From: Prorocentrum cordatum
Lineage: Eukaryota
Direction of reading: 5' to 3'
NCBI GenBank assembly: GCA_963575745.1
Contig: CAUYUJ010000054.1
Location: forward strand, 62,001-118,923
Length of the DNA stretch: 56,923 nt
Shown: positions 12,951 to 25,487 of the stretch, piece after piece
Position numbering within the stretch: position 1 is the stretch's first letter
How the letters are laid out: the number at the start of each line of letters is the position of its first letter
Notes under the pieces: model-generated
The model's input: the letters and a program-made list of their open reading frames with translations, nothing else
Databases searched by the model: none
Told to the model about the DNA's origin: nothing
Translations under genes and position numbers: made by a program

Positions 12951-15052
12951 AAAGAGGAGCAGCAGCAGCAGGAGCAGGAGGAGGAGGAGGAGGAGGAGGA
13001 GGAGGAGGAGGAGTGGGAGTGGGAGGAGGAGGAGGAGGAGGAGGAGGAGGAGGAGGAGGAGGAGGAGGAGGAGGAGGAGGAGGAGCAGGAGGAGGAGGAG
13101 GAGCAGGAGGAGGCCAAGAGAGCCGAAGAGTCCTGGCAGACTGGTTGTCCAGGCGCCCTTCGATCATCCTGCAGTGGAGGCGCTTGAGAAAGGGCCTCGC
13201 CTTCGAGGAGTGAAGAAGTTGGCACACCGCGCCGGCATCCGAAGTTCGCGCTGTGCGTACCATACCGAGCCGGCGGCTTCGGCAGCGTGCGCGGCGCGGC
13301 GCCGTGCTGGCCGCGGGCACGCAGACGGGCACCGTACCAAATCGCCCCCTTGCGAGGGCGACGTGCATGTTCGAGAGGACGGCTGGCCTCTTCGGCGGCC
13401 GACGCACGGGCGGCGCACGGGCGACGAATGCGCGACGCACCTCTTGTCGCGAAGGGGGGGGGTCAGCACGCCTGTCGTTTTACTGGGCCTTAACACGGGC
13501 ACGCATGCGCTTGTTCACGGACGCAGGCAAAGAAAGTCGGCGTTCCAGAGAGGGCCCTCGCCTCCGAGGGCGGGAGGAGTTCGCATCTCTTCCTCGTCGG
13601 GAGGCAGCGGAACGTCGGCGGGAGGTGGCGGAAGTAAAGCAAGAGGGCCGCTCCGCTGGCGGAGGCCAGCGGGAGGCCGGCGGAGGCCAGCGGAAGAAAG
13701 AAGTGGCCCTCGGAGTGTCTGAGTGGTGAACGTATTTCTGGGCGAGGAAAACCATGCCCGAGCTTGGCCAGGATCGGCGCATATGCCGTCCTGGCAGGGG
13801 CAGGAGAGCGTATGCACCGATCCTGGGCCCAGGCTGGGCCTGGCCAGAATCGTCGTATGCGCGTGGTGGAGGGAGCGGCTGCCGGCGCGGGGGCAAACCC
13901 TGCTCCTGCTGCATGACGTGCGCTGCGCGGGGGGCAGCGTGTCCGAATTTGCGGCGCTGGCGGCGCGGCGTATCGCGCACCTCCCCAAGGTGCCCGACTG
14001 AATCTGGTGCCTCTTCGGGGCGCTTGCGGCAGCGCTTGTCGCCCGTCCCTGCTCGTCAAAAAAAGCGTGGTTCTCTTTCCTCTCTCTATATTTGTTAGTT
14101 CAGGGTTTCTGGAACCCGCCAATTAGATGCCCATAGGTTGGCACCAACAGTATTCAGTATCGGCGGCTATCTCCACCGAGGGAAGATGAACCCGACTTCT
14201 TAGCAAACTGGGGGATTTATCACCAGTGCCAGAATCCAGGCTCATTCCCCCCTGGTGGGGGCATTCCCCTGTGTTGGTGTTGGTGCAAATTTCCAGGCCC
14301 CCAATGCACTACCTCCAACTCTCACACATGCATGAGCCTTGCAGGCACTACGTTACGTCCTGGAAGCACGGTGGCGGTTATCAAATATTGTCATTGCCGT
14401 GGGGACGTACGCATGGGTACTTCAAGCCAATAGTAGGTGACTTTGCCCAATGGAGGTGGTCAAACTGAGATTACTCCCGGCAGGGTACCACAACTGTTGC
14501 GACGTGAGACGTCGCAGTCGATCCAGTTACACACTGAATGAACACAGCAGTGAAACGCCCAGTTCCAAACTACACCGCATTAGCGCAGGACGAAATATTT
14601 TCCTCTTGAGATGGAAATGGCGATGAGGAGTTGCGTGACACATCGGCGCCGCCGAATTTGGACGAGCTGTTTGCAGCAACCAGGAGGAGATATCTTTATT
14701 CATGTTCAGTGGGGCCGGCGCGCGCGGAAAGTAAATGGGAGTACGCAAGACAGCGCAGGACCCATCTTGGGACTTTGATAGCCGAACCCGTCTCCCCAGA
14801 AAAATATTGTCCCGGGCGGGTTGCGGTTGCGGGGCCCGCGGGGCCCATTTCGTTTGGTTCCCCGCTTTATTTCAAACGTCTAGATCTCAAACGGGGTAGA
14901 CATCGGATCTCTGTGAAAAACAGGACGGACATGGGATCCACAACTTCCGAAATCGGATCCGTGCGGGCGGAAATCTGATCCACCGAGACGCAAACCAAAC
15001 GCAACATCAGTGGGGTCGGCAAGTACGGTAGGGCCTTCCGAAACATCTTATT

Positions 15053-15892
15053 CCCAACCACCCTGTGGTGTTGGGTCCTCGCTTTGAAGACACGGTCCCC
15101 GGGTTTTTCTCCCGCCTCCTTCCTCCCTCCCCCTCCTCCCTCCTCCCCCTCCTTCCCGGCGTTTCACCCACGCAGTGCCGCGCTTCGTGACCCCATAGGG
15201 AGCTCCACCGAAGGCCCGAGTGGCAGGGTTCGCATGGCGACCTCGGGCAATTTCGGGACACCCCTCACAAGGGTCGTGGCCCCATAGGAGCTCCACCGAA
15301 GGCATTAGTGGCAGGGTTCGCATGGCGGCTCCAGGCCATTTCGGCGCACCCCTCACGAGGATCGTGGCCCCATATGGGCTCCACCGAAGGCGCCACTGGC
15401 AGGGTTTGCATGGCGGCCTCGGGCCATGTCGGCACACCCCTCACGAGGATCGAGGCCCCATAGGGAGCTCCACCGAAAATGCCACTCGCAAGGTTCGCAT
15501 GGTGGTCCCGCCCCATTTCGGCGTATCCCTCACGAGGATCGAGGCCCTATAGGGAGCTCCACCGAAGGTGCTAGTGGAAGGGTTCGCATGGCGACCCCGC
15601 CCCATGTCGGCGCACCCCTCACGAGGATCGTGGCCCCATGGGGAGCTCCACCGAGGGTGCCAGTGGCAGGGTTCGCATGGCGGCCCCGCCCCATTTCGGC
15701 GCACTCCTCACGGGGATCGTGGCCCCGTGGGGAGCTCCACCGAAGGCGCCAATGGCAGGGTTTGTATGGCGGCCCCGCCCCATTTTGGCACGCCCCTCAC
15801 ACGGTTCGTAGCCACATAGGGAGCGCGGGCGAAGATGGTATTGACAATTGCGGTATGCACAATTACATAGGTCGGGTTTTTCGCCAGGTTAA
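15053..15892 (+). mobile_element. Non-autonomous Helentron/DINE-1-like element, family 1 (89-bp tandem array cargo)
   Basis: 5' end is TT|CCCAACCA..GTTGGG hairpin (15053-15075), followed by ~7 units of an ~89-bp repeat. 3' end is a degenerate subTIR AGGTCGGG (15869-15876) + TTTTTCGCC + AGGTTAA|TTTT. Confidence 0.65.
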
Positions 15893-15904
15893 TTTTAAGT
15901 TTTT

Positions 15905-17040
15905 ACCTAACAGCGTTTGCTGATAGGTTTCTAGTAGGGTCAAAAGAGAGCATCTGGACTCCACAGGGGGGTCTGGGCGGGTGCCGGGGAGGAGAACCGG
16001 GAATCGTTTTTCGCCAACAGTCACACACTTCGTGCTCTTCGACCTCCCAGAACTCCATTCCCGGGACACATTCTGGAGAACCGGGAACAGAGCCGGGCTC
16101 GCTTTTCGCCAACAGTCACACACTTCGTGCTCTTCGACCTCCCAGAACTCCATTCCCGGGCCACTTTCTGGAGAACCGGGAACAGAGCCGGGCTCGTTTT
16201 TCGTCAACAGTCACACACTTCGTGCTCTTCGACCTCCCAGAACTCCATTCCCGGGCTACATTTTGAATGCCCGGAGCCAACTGTAGGCCACTTCGTGCTC
16301 TTCGATTTCCCAGAACTCCATTCCCGGGCCACATTTTGGATGCCCGGAGCCACCTGTAGGCCACTTCGTGCTCTTCGATTTCCCAGAACTCCATTCCCGG
16401 GCCACATTTTGGATGCCCGGAGCCAACTGTAGGCCACTTCGTGCTCTTCAAGTTCCCAGAATTCCATTCCTGGGCATGATTTTGAATGCCCGGAGCCAAC
16501 TGTAGGCCACTTCGTGTTCTTCTAGTTCCCAGAACTCCATTCCTGGGCCACATTTTGAATGCTGAGGCAGGCTGATGCTGCGGCCGAGGCAGGCTGAGGC
16601 TGAGGCAGGCTGAGGCTGAGGCCGAGGCTGAAGGCAGACTGAGGCTGAGGCTGAAGCAGACTGAGGCTGAGGCTGAGGCAGGCTGAGGCTGAGGCTGAGG
16701 CAGGCTGATGCTGAGGCAGGCTGAGGCTGAGGCTGAGGCTGATGCAGGCTGAGGCTGAGGCAGGCTGAGGCTGAGGCCGAGGCTGAAGGCAGACTGAGGC
16801 TGAGGCTGAAGCAGGCTGAGGCTGAGGCTGAGGCAGGCTGAGGCTGAGGCAGGCTGGCTGAGGCAGGCTGAGGCTGAGGCTGTGACTGCGACTGCCGTTG
16901 CCGCTGCGACTGTCATCGCGAATGCGACTACGACTGCGAGAACAGCAGAATTCTACAACTGGATTTTCATTCTGAATCTTAAGGGGAATGCTTTCAGATA
17001 TGCTTCTACATATCGCTGTTAGGTTGCTTTGCCGGGATAA
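15905..17040 (+). mobile_element. Non-autonomous Helentron/DINE-1-like element, family 2, copy 1 of head-to-tail dimer
   Basis: TT|ACCTAACAGCG (15905-15915) has an adjacent hairpin arm GCTGATAGGT. Interior has 95-bp and 73-bp tandem units and (GCTGAG)n. A perfect 3' subTIR CGCTGTTAGGT (17014-17024) is followed by TGCTTTGCC + GGGATAA|TT. Confidence 0.75.
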
Positions 17041-17042
17041 TT

Positions 17043-18185
17043 ACCTAACAGCGTTTGCTGATAGGTTTCTAGTAGGGTCAAAAGAGAGCATCATGACTCC
17101 TCAGGGGGGTCTGGGCGGGTGCCGGGGAGGAGAACCGGGAATCGTTTTTCGCCAACAGTCACACACTTCGTGCTCTTCGACCTCCCAGAACTCCATTCCC
17201 GGGACACATTCTGGAGAACCGGGAACAGAGCCGGGCTCGCTTTTCGCCAACAGTCACACACTTCGTGCTCTTCGACCTCCCAGAACTCCATTCCCAGGCC
17301 GCACTCTGGAGAACCAGGAACACAGCCGGGCTCGTTTTTCGTCAACAATCACACACTTCGTGCTCTTCGACCTCCCAGAACTCCATTCCCGGGCCACATT
17401 TTGAGTGCCCGGAGCCAACTGTAGGCCACTTCGTGCTCTTCGACTTCCCAGAACTCCATTCCCGGGCCACATTTTGGATGCCCGGAGCCAACTGTAGGCC
17501 ACTTCGTGCTCTTCGAGTTCCCAGAACTCCATTCCCGGGCCACATTTTGGATGCCCGGAGCCAACTGTAGGCCACTTCGTGCTCTTCAAGTTCCCAGAAC
17601 TCCATTCCTGGGCATGATTTTGAATGCCCGGAGCCAACTGTAGGCCACTTCGTGTTCTTCTAGTTCCCAGAACTCCATTCCTGGGCCACATTTTGAATGC
17701 TGAGGCAGGCTGATGCTGCGGCCGAGGCAGGTTGAGGCTGAGGCAGGCTGAGGCTGAGGCCGAGGCTGAAGGCAGACTGAGGCTGAGGCTGAAGCAGACT
17801 GAGGCTGAGGCTGAGGCAGGCTGAGGCTGAGGCTGAAGCAGGCTGATGCTGAGGCAGGCTGAGGCTGAGGCTGAGGCTGATGCAGGCTGAGGCTGAGGCA
17901 GGCTGAGGCTGAGGCCGAGGCTGAAGGCAGACTGAGGCTGAGGCTGAAGCAGGCTGAGGCTGAGGCTGAGGCAGGCTGAGGCTGAGGCAGGCTGAGGCTG
18001 AGGCTGAGGCAGGCTGAGGCTGAGGCTGTGACTGCGACTGCCGTTGCCGCTGCGACTGTCATCGCGAATGCGACTACGACTGCGAGAACAGCAGAATTCT
18101 ACAACTGGATTTTCATTTGAATCTTAAGGGGAATGCTTCCAGATATGCTTCTACATATCGCTGTTAGGTTGCTTTGCCGGGATAA
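17043..18185 (+). mobile_element. Non-autonomous Helentron/DINE-1-like element, family 2, copy 2 of head-to-tail dimer
   Basis: Near-identical to 15905-17040 and joined to it by TT. subTIR at 18159-18169; ends GGGATAA|TTTTT. Confidence 0.75.
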
Positions 18186-18375
18186 TTTTTCAAAGGATTT
18201 CCCACTATCCGTGGATTTGTTTGCTATTGAGAAATCGTAACGCTTCCCGTATGCCAACCAGCCAGTGGCTGCCCGCGCGCTCGCTTCGCTTGCCTCTCTG
18301 TTCTTGCTGCCTAGTCGCGGCCCGACTCGTATTCGGACGGCTTTCGACCTGCTTCGCGAGCCCGCAAACCAAACA

Positions 18376-19484
18376 TTATCTTGGCGAAAGACCCAACCAT
18401 ACGCAAGCGTGAGAACCGCAAGGCAGGGGGACGAAACAACAGGAATTCCCAATGGGGCCGCGAACCGTGTGAGGGGGTGCGCCAAAATGGCGCGGGGCCG
18501 CCATGCGAACCCTGCCATTGGGGCCTTCGGTTGAGCTCCCTATGGGGCCACGAACCGCGTGAGGGGTGCGCCAAAATGGCGCGGGGCCGCCATGCGAACC
18601 CTGCCACTGGGGCCTTCGGTGGAGCTCCCTGTGGGGCCACGAACCGTGTGAGGGGGGCGCGAAAAAGGGGGCGGCGTCGCCATGCGAACCCTGCCACTGG
18701 GGCCTTCGGTGGAGCTCCCTATGGGGCCACGAGCCGTGTGAGGGGTGCGCCAAAATGGCGCGGGGCCGCCATGTGAACCCTGCCACTGGGGTCTTCGGTG
18801 GAGCTCCCTATGGGACCGCGAACCGTGTGAATGGTGCACCAAAATGGCGCGGGGCCGCCATGCGAACCTTGCCATTGGGGCGTCCAGTGGAGCTCCCTAA
18901 TGGAGCCACGAACCGTGTGAGGGGTGCACCAAAATGGCGCGGGGCCGCCATGCGAACCCTGCCATTGGGGCCTTCGGTGGAGCTCCTTGTGGGGCCACGA
19001 ACCGTGTGAGGAGTGCACCAAAATGGCGCGGGGCCGCCATGCGAACCCTGCCACTGGGGCCTTCGGTGGAGCTCCCTATGGGGCCACGAACCGTGTGAGG
19101 GGTGCACCAAAATGGCGCGGGGCCGCCATGCGAACCCTGCGACTGGGGCCTTCGGTGGACCTCCCTATGGGGCCACGAACCGTGTGAGGGGTGCGCCAAA
19201 ATGGCGCGGGGCCGCCATGCGAACCCTGCCACTGGGGCCTTCGGTGGAGCTCCCTTCGGGGCCACGAACCGTGTGAGGGGTGCACCAAAATGGCGCGGGG
19301 CCGCCATGCGAACCCTGCCACTGGGGCCTTCGGTGGAGCTCCCTATGGGGCCACGATCCTCATGAGGGGGGTGCCGAAATGGCCCGAGGCCGCTGATGAG
19401 ATGAGGGGGAGGAGGAGCGGGAGCGGCGGGAACGCGGGGCACCGTCTCTTCCAAACGAGGATCCAACACCACAGGATGGTTGGG
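18376..19484 (-). mobile_element. Non-autonomous Helentron/DINE-1-like element, family 1, opposite orientation
   Basis: Minus strand reads TT|CCCAACCA hairpin from 19484, then ~10 units of the 89-bp repeat (period seen at 18924/19013/19102/19191), then 3' TGGTTGGG + TCTTTCGCC + AAGATAA|T. Confidence 0.7.
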
Positions 19485-20647
19485 AAAAAATGCCAACCAG
19501 CCCATCCAGACACAATGCCCAGAGGAACTGCCCTGAACGGGGGAGCGTGGCGTCATGTTGAGATATCGGGGACCTGTGTGTGCCGGGGGTCCCAATGATA
19601 CTTCATTGGGTCGCTTGGGGTGTCTCTTGAGGGCTTATTAGAAGCATTGGGGGGCGTCTTGATGTTCTCTTGCTGGCTTTGGGGATACATCTTGGAGCGT
19701 CTTGGGTGTCTCTTGGGGGTCCCTAGGGGATCTGTTGGCCTCTTGGGGCTCTCCTGAGGGTTTGTCGGGCCGTCTTCGGGTCATCTGGGAGGCTATCGAC
19801 CAAAGAAGGAGGGGATACTCTAACCGCGTTGCCCCCTGCCCCCCCATCCCCTGCCCCCCCCCGGATGCCTAAATTGGTCCAAAGCCATCGAAACAGGGAT
19901 GTGTGTTGTCCTTCTCGTGGAGGCCTCCTTGGGCGCTCCAACCTGTCGCGGCTCCCACCGTCCAGATCCACGGGGAGGGGGCAGGGGGGAGGGGCAAACC
20001 CCTCCCCGAAGTAGAAGAAGGGAGGTCGAGAGAGGGAGCGCGCCGAGCCACCTGCACCCAGAGGGCTGGTAGGGTTTTGGTTGTTCGAAAAGTGAACACG
20101 ACCTCCCTCATTCCCCCCTCCCCTCCTCCCTGGCCGGAGCTTTGCCGTCCGCCGTCGCGCTGTACCGGCAGGCTTGTGCACTGCTATCCGAGGCTCGGCG
20201 ATGCCCGCGCACTTGCACGCTTCAGCCGTGCATTTTTCCTCATCGCATGTGTAATCACTTCGTTTGCCAATGCGCCGTCCATGCGCGGCTTCTTTCGTTC
20301 GTTCAAGTCGTCTGCGTGATTGATGGTAGTTTTGTCAGGAGACACACCCCCAGAATGCGCCGTTTCCACTTCCACTGGTGCTGCGAGAGAGCTGATGTGA
20401 TACATCGCGCGCGCCACTTGAGCCAAGCAGGCTACGGGCGCAACGGTGATCAGAACATTACGTTTGGTTCCCCCGAATGGCCCCGATACGTTAACATGCT
20501 CGTCGTAATCTCATTGGCATCGGTGGTTGCTGACAGTAGTGCTGTTGCGCCGTGGCAGGTACTCAACAGCCAAACGTGTGTCCACGAGCTTCCTGCCTGG
20601 CCATCCTCCTCGCGGCCTTTATTTCTGGTGTTAGGGCATTGCGTACC

Positions 20648-21003
20648 GTTGTTGTTGTTGTGGTTGTTGTGGTTGTTGTGGTTGTTGCTGCTGCTGCTGT
20701 TGTTGTTGTTGTTGTAGTTGCTGCTGTTGTTGTTGTTGCTGTTGTTGTTGCTGTTGTTGTTGGTGGTGTTGTTGTTGCCGTTGTTGGTGCTGTTGTTGTT
20801 ACTGTTGGTGTTGTTATTGTTGTTGTTGCTGCTGCTGTTGTTGTTGTTGGTGGTGGTGGTGGTGTTGTTGTTGTTGTTGCTGTTGTTGTTGTTGCTGCTG
20901 TTGTTGGTGTTGTTGTTGTTGTTGTTGCTGTTGTTGCTGTTGTTGTTGGTGTTGCTGATGTTGCTGTTGTTGTTGTAGTTGGTGTTGTTGGTGTTGTAGT
21001 TTG

Positions 21004-21036
<33 letters not shown>

Positions 21037-21100
21037 TGGTTGTGGTTGTTGTTGTTGTTGTTGGTTGTTGTTGTTGTTGATGATGATGATGATGTTGTTG
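20648..21100. repeat. Degenerate (GTT)n microsatellite
   Basis: Direct inspection. Confidence 0.95.
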
Positions 21101-21869
21101 AACATTATTACTTCTAAAGAATAATTATTGTTGGGACCCCTGGTGCACGACCCCCCCGCCGCGCCTAGGCCGCAGCCACGTTTTCATCATTTTCGTGAGG
21201 AAGTCTCAGGCAAAACGGGTTGGTCCGGATCCGGTTGTTTTGTTACGGGCGGTTTTCCCTTGCAAAAAATAAGCTACAGTGGACATTTCTTGTTCTAACA
21301 TAACCAAACTTCAATAATCCCTTGCAGAAAATAAGGTAAAGTGGACATTCGCGCGCGGAAGACGAAATCCTTCCAAAACCTTTGTTTTCGTAACGATTTT
21401 AACATAAAAACATAAAAAAAAAAAAAAAAAAAATGGTTTTTCAAAAAAAAATGTCAAACTTTCATCCCGCGCGCTCTTGCGGATTCGTAGGGAACCCAAC
21501 ACTTTTTCAACATTTCTGTCAAACGGGCTTTTGCGAGCAACTTTTTCAAACTTCTGCAACAACGGTTGCGCACCTGCCAGGGCCATCATCCCTGTCAAAT
21601 AATACCATGCGGGACACATTCGTTTTTTCTTCGCGCGCGCACGCCGTCGTCGTCGGCCGCGGGGCCCTGAATAGTAGCCACGGTCGTCCGCATGCCACGA
21701 AGTGAAGTGTCCGAACGTCATAGGGCGGGAAGCTGGGTGTGGGTGGTGGCGAAGAGTCGTTTGGAAATTTGGTAGAGCTTGAACCGGCCCCCCCACAAAG
21801 TGGGGGTATTGCCCGCCTCCTATGAAAACCCTGGCACTGGTGAGAACGGAGTGTCCCCACGTGCTAGTA

Positions 21870-21902
<33 letters not shown>

Positions 21903-24900
21903 GAACATTATTACTTCTAAAGAATAATTATTGTTGGGGCCCCTGGTGCACGGCCCCCTCGCCGCGCCTAGGCCGCAGCCATGTTTTCATCATTTTCGTG
22001 AGGAAGTTTCCGGCAAAACGGGTTGGTCCGGATCCGGTTGTTTTGTTCCCCCCCGCTTTCCCTTGCAAAAAACAATATAAAATGACATTTCTTGTTCTAA
22101 CATAACCACATTTCAAGAATCCATTGCAAAAAATAAGGTAAAGTGGACATTCGCGCGCGCAAGACGAAATCCTTCCAAAACATTAGTGTTCGTAGCGATT
22201 TTAACATAAAAACATCAAACAACCAATGGTTTTTTTTTTGTTTTTCAAAAAAAAGTGTCAAAATTTCATCCCGCGCGCTCTTGCGGATTTGTAGGAAACC
22301 CAATACTTTTTAAACATTTCTGTCAAACGGGCTTTTGCGAGCAACTTTTTCACGTGCTTCGAACTTCTCCAACAACGGTTGCGCACCTGCCAGGGCTTGT
22401 AGGACCTACAGACAGTACCGGCGTCGTACTGGTTTACCGTGGTTTCCTATTCTAGCGTCAGGAACACGTTACCACCAAAAACCAGTACAGGTGTCCAGTG
22501 TTGGAACAGGGGGAAAAGTCGTATACTAAGCTAGCGTCCAGAAAATGTTACCACAACAAGTCACTGTACCCATGCGCCAGTGTAGTAGCCACGGTCGTCC
22601 GCAGGCCACGAAGTGAAGTGTCCGAACGTCATAGGGCGGGAAGCTGGGTGTGGGTGGTGGCGAAGAGTCGTTTGGAAATGTGGTAGAGCTTGAACCGGCC
22701 CCCCCACAAAGTGGGGGTATTGGCGGGCGTCGTATGAAAACCCTGGCACTGGTGAGAACGGAGTGTCCCCACGTGCTAGTAATTGTTGCTGTTGAACTCT
22801 CATTCTTGAAGAATACTTATTGTTGATCCCCCCCCACCGGTGCACTTTGATTTTTTTCGATTGAAGTGCCACCCCCGGGGCTCGCACCTTGTTTTTTCTT
22901 AAGGAAAGTCTTCCTGCTCAAACTGTGCCCCTGCCCCCCGGGCTACAACAACAACGGCTCCCGCTTGAGACTTCCTCGATTTTTACTCAGGACCCCCGCT
23001 CCCGCCTGAGACTTCCGCGCAATTTACTCAGGAAAGGCGCTCCCGTCTGAGACTTCCTCGCAATGTAATCAAGACCCCCGCTCCCGCCTGAGACTTCCGT
23101 GCAATTTACGTGGGAACGGCGCTCCCGCCTGAGACTTCTTCGAATTTTACTCAGGACCCCCGCTCCTGCCTGACATTTCCGCGCAATTGACTCAGGAACG
23201 GCGCTCCCGCTTGAGACTTCCTCGCAATTTACTGAGGACCCCCGCTCCCGCCTGAGACTTCCGTGCAATTTGCTCAGGAACGGCGCTCCCGCTTGAGCCT
23301 TCCTCGCAACTTAGTCAGGGCCCCCGCTCCCGCCCGAGATTTCCTCACAATGTACTCAGGACTGCGCTCTCGCGTGCGACGTCCTCACAAATTATTCTGG
23401 AATTGCGTTTCGGCGCTCAGGAACCACGCACGCGCCAAGGACGCCTTCACAACGTGGTATCTTCCCTCTTCCTTCGTCCTTCCCCCTCCCCTTCCTCCCA
23501 CTCTCCCTCGTTCTTCCCCTCCTCCTCTTGCAGGGCCCGCGCCAATTCCAATGGCGGGCAGAGAGATGTACGCCCCCGAAGGATTGTCCGCCCGTTCCGG
23601 TTTGCCCGTATGTCTAAGCCCGCCGGCCCCAGCAAAGAGAAATAATCCCCCCGAAAGGGGTGTGATCGAAGACGAAGAGGGCGGGCTTCGAGGGTGTAGG
23701 GTATACGTGTTGAATGACTCGCGGGCAAGTGAGAGCGTACAGCCTTAAAATGGTTGTTGTTGTTGTTGTTGTTGTTCTTGAACATTATTTCTTCTTAAGA
23801 ATAATTATTGTTGGGGCCCCTGGTGCGCGACCCCCCTCCAAAACCTAGGCCGCAGCTACATTTTCATCATTTTTTCGCAGAAGCTTCAGAAAAGTGGATT
23901 ATGTCCGGATCCGGTTGTTTTGTTCCCCCCCGCTTTCCCTTGCAAAAAACACTATAAAATGAAAATTCTTGTTCTTACTTGATCAAATTGCAAGAATCCC
24001 TTGCAAAAAATAAGGTAAAGTGGACATTCGTGCGCGCAAGACGAAATCCTTCCAAAACCTTAGGTTTCGTAGCGATTTTAACATAAAAACATCAAAAACC
24101 CAATGGTTTTTTAAGAAAAAATTGTCAAAATGTCCTTCCGCGCGCGCTGTCCGAATCCCACAAAACCAATGGTTTTTCAACATTTATGTTACATGAGCTC
24201 GCGCGAGCTACTTTTTCTTGTTCTAACATAATCAAATTTCAATAATCCCTTGCAAAAAATAAGGTAAAGTGGACATTCGCGCGCGCAAGACGAAATCCTT
24301 CCAGAACCTTAGGTTTCGTAACGATTTCAACATAAAAACATCAAAAACCCAATGGTTTTTCAAAAAAAAATGTCCAAATTTCATCCCGCGCGCGCTGTCC
24401 GACTCCCACAAAACCAATGGTTTTTCAACATTTATGTTACATGAGCTCGCGCGAGCTACTTTTTCTTGTTCTAACATAATCAATATTCCCTTGCAAAAAA
24501 AAGTAAAGTGGACATTCGCGCGCGCAAGACCAACAAAAAACACGACGATCTCAGGAACTTGCCCCAAAAATGTGACCAACTCCGCTCTCTCTGTCTCTCT
24601 CTCTGTCTGCTCTCTGTCTCTCTCTCTGTCTGTCTGTGTCATGTATTGTATGTCACAATTGCAGGATGCTGGGCACACGCGCGCCCCGAATAAGTGACCA
24701 AGTTCTGTGGGTGTGTACCCCACGCCAGTGTAGTAGCCACGGTCGTCCGCACGCCACGAAGTGAAGTGTCCCAACGTCATAGGGCGGGAAGCTGGGTTTG
24801 GGTGGTCGCGAAGAGTCGTTTGGATATTTGGTAGAGCTTGAACTGCCCCCCCACGAAGTGGGGGTATTGTCTCGCGTCGCATGAAAACCCTGGCACTGGT

Positions 24901-24925
24901 GAGAACACTGAGCGTTCGGGTAAAA
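21101..24925. mobile_element. Cluster of four related non-coding units, each bounded by (GTT)n: 21101-21870, 21904-22782, 22795-23750, 23781-24925
   Basis: Each unit begins GTTG|AAC (CTTG|AAC in unit 4) plus an AT-rich hairpin (TTATTACTTCTAAAGAATAA-like). Units 1, 2 and 4 share a left module and a ~200-bp right module (AGTAGCCACGGTCGTCCGC...GGCACTGGTGAGAAC), and end in TAA(AA) before (TTG)n. Confidence 0.6.
22957..23390. repeat. 41-bp tandem repeat (~10 units) with alternating 82-bp higher-order structure
   Basis: GCTCCCG at 22957, 22998, 23039 and onward; linkers alternate GACCCCC and GAACGGC. Confidence 0.9.
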
Positions 24926-24927
24926 TG

Positions 24928-24995
<68 letters not shown>

Positions 24996-25430
24996 GTGTG
25001 TGTGCTTTGGGGAGGACTCTCCAGGTGCCTGCTGCAAAGCCGCCACCGTCGGCGACGAGCACTCCGCATGGCGACCCTTTCCAGCAGGGAGGAGGAGGGC
25101 ATCCCCGAGCATGCCGCACGTCCCGCGTCCGCGCGGGCAGGCGGGGCCGGCGGGTCTCTGCCTCGCCCCCGCGCTTTCCTGGCACTTTTGCGTCGACCCT
25201 TCTGCTCCACCTCCCCTGCCCGACCCGTCCGGGCCCCCGGCATCCTTTGTAGTGGCCTGGCATCGCTCGGACGTGTGCATTTCTCCTTCGGCGAGGACCA
25301 TCGAGGAGCCTATCCTTGATCATTTGGCGAAAAAACCACGCACGAAGCCGACAAAAAGCACAGGGAATGGACGCCCGAGCGATGGCCAGTGGTGGTTGGG
25401 GGAGCAGACGACGGTGGGCCCGGCGCGCAG

Positions 25431-25487
25431 GCGGCTCGCGCCATGGAGGAGGAGATGGTGCAGCAGGCCATACAGCTCTCTCTGCAG
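25431..25487 (+). CDS. Candidate host-gene exon encoding a ubiquitin-interacting motif (AARAMEEEMVQQAIQLSLQ)
   Basis: cag|G acceptor, CAG|gc donor, 57 nt in phase 0. EEEMVQQAIQLSLQ fits the UIM pattern acidic-run, hydrophobic-x-x-A-hydrophobic-x-L-S. The rest of the gene is not resolved. Confidence 0.6.

Noticed and set aside
18481..18491. GCCATTTTGGC (minus strand) in the 89-bp satellite resembling the dinoflagellate spliced leader core
   Set aside because: Only an 11-nt match; the flanking CCGTA and TCAAG of the leader are absent and many units deviate.
15184..19395. Regular repeats resembling a CRISPR array
   Set aside because: Contiguous 89-, 95- and 73-bp tandem units with no unique spacers and no cas genes, in a eukaryotic context.
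15051..19486. One large foldback transposon with 89-bp arrays as inverted arms
   Set aside because: Each arm has its own complete 5' and 3' termini, so two independent, oppositely oriented elements explain it better. There is no TSD around the whole.
21672..21870. tRNA or tRNA-derived head in the right module of the (GTT)n-bounded units
   Set aside because: Only a weak B-box-like GGTTCAAGCTC on the minus strand; no cloverleaf or A-box could be supported by eye.
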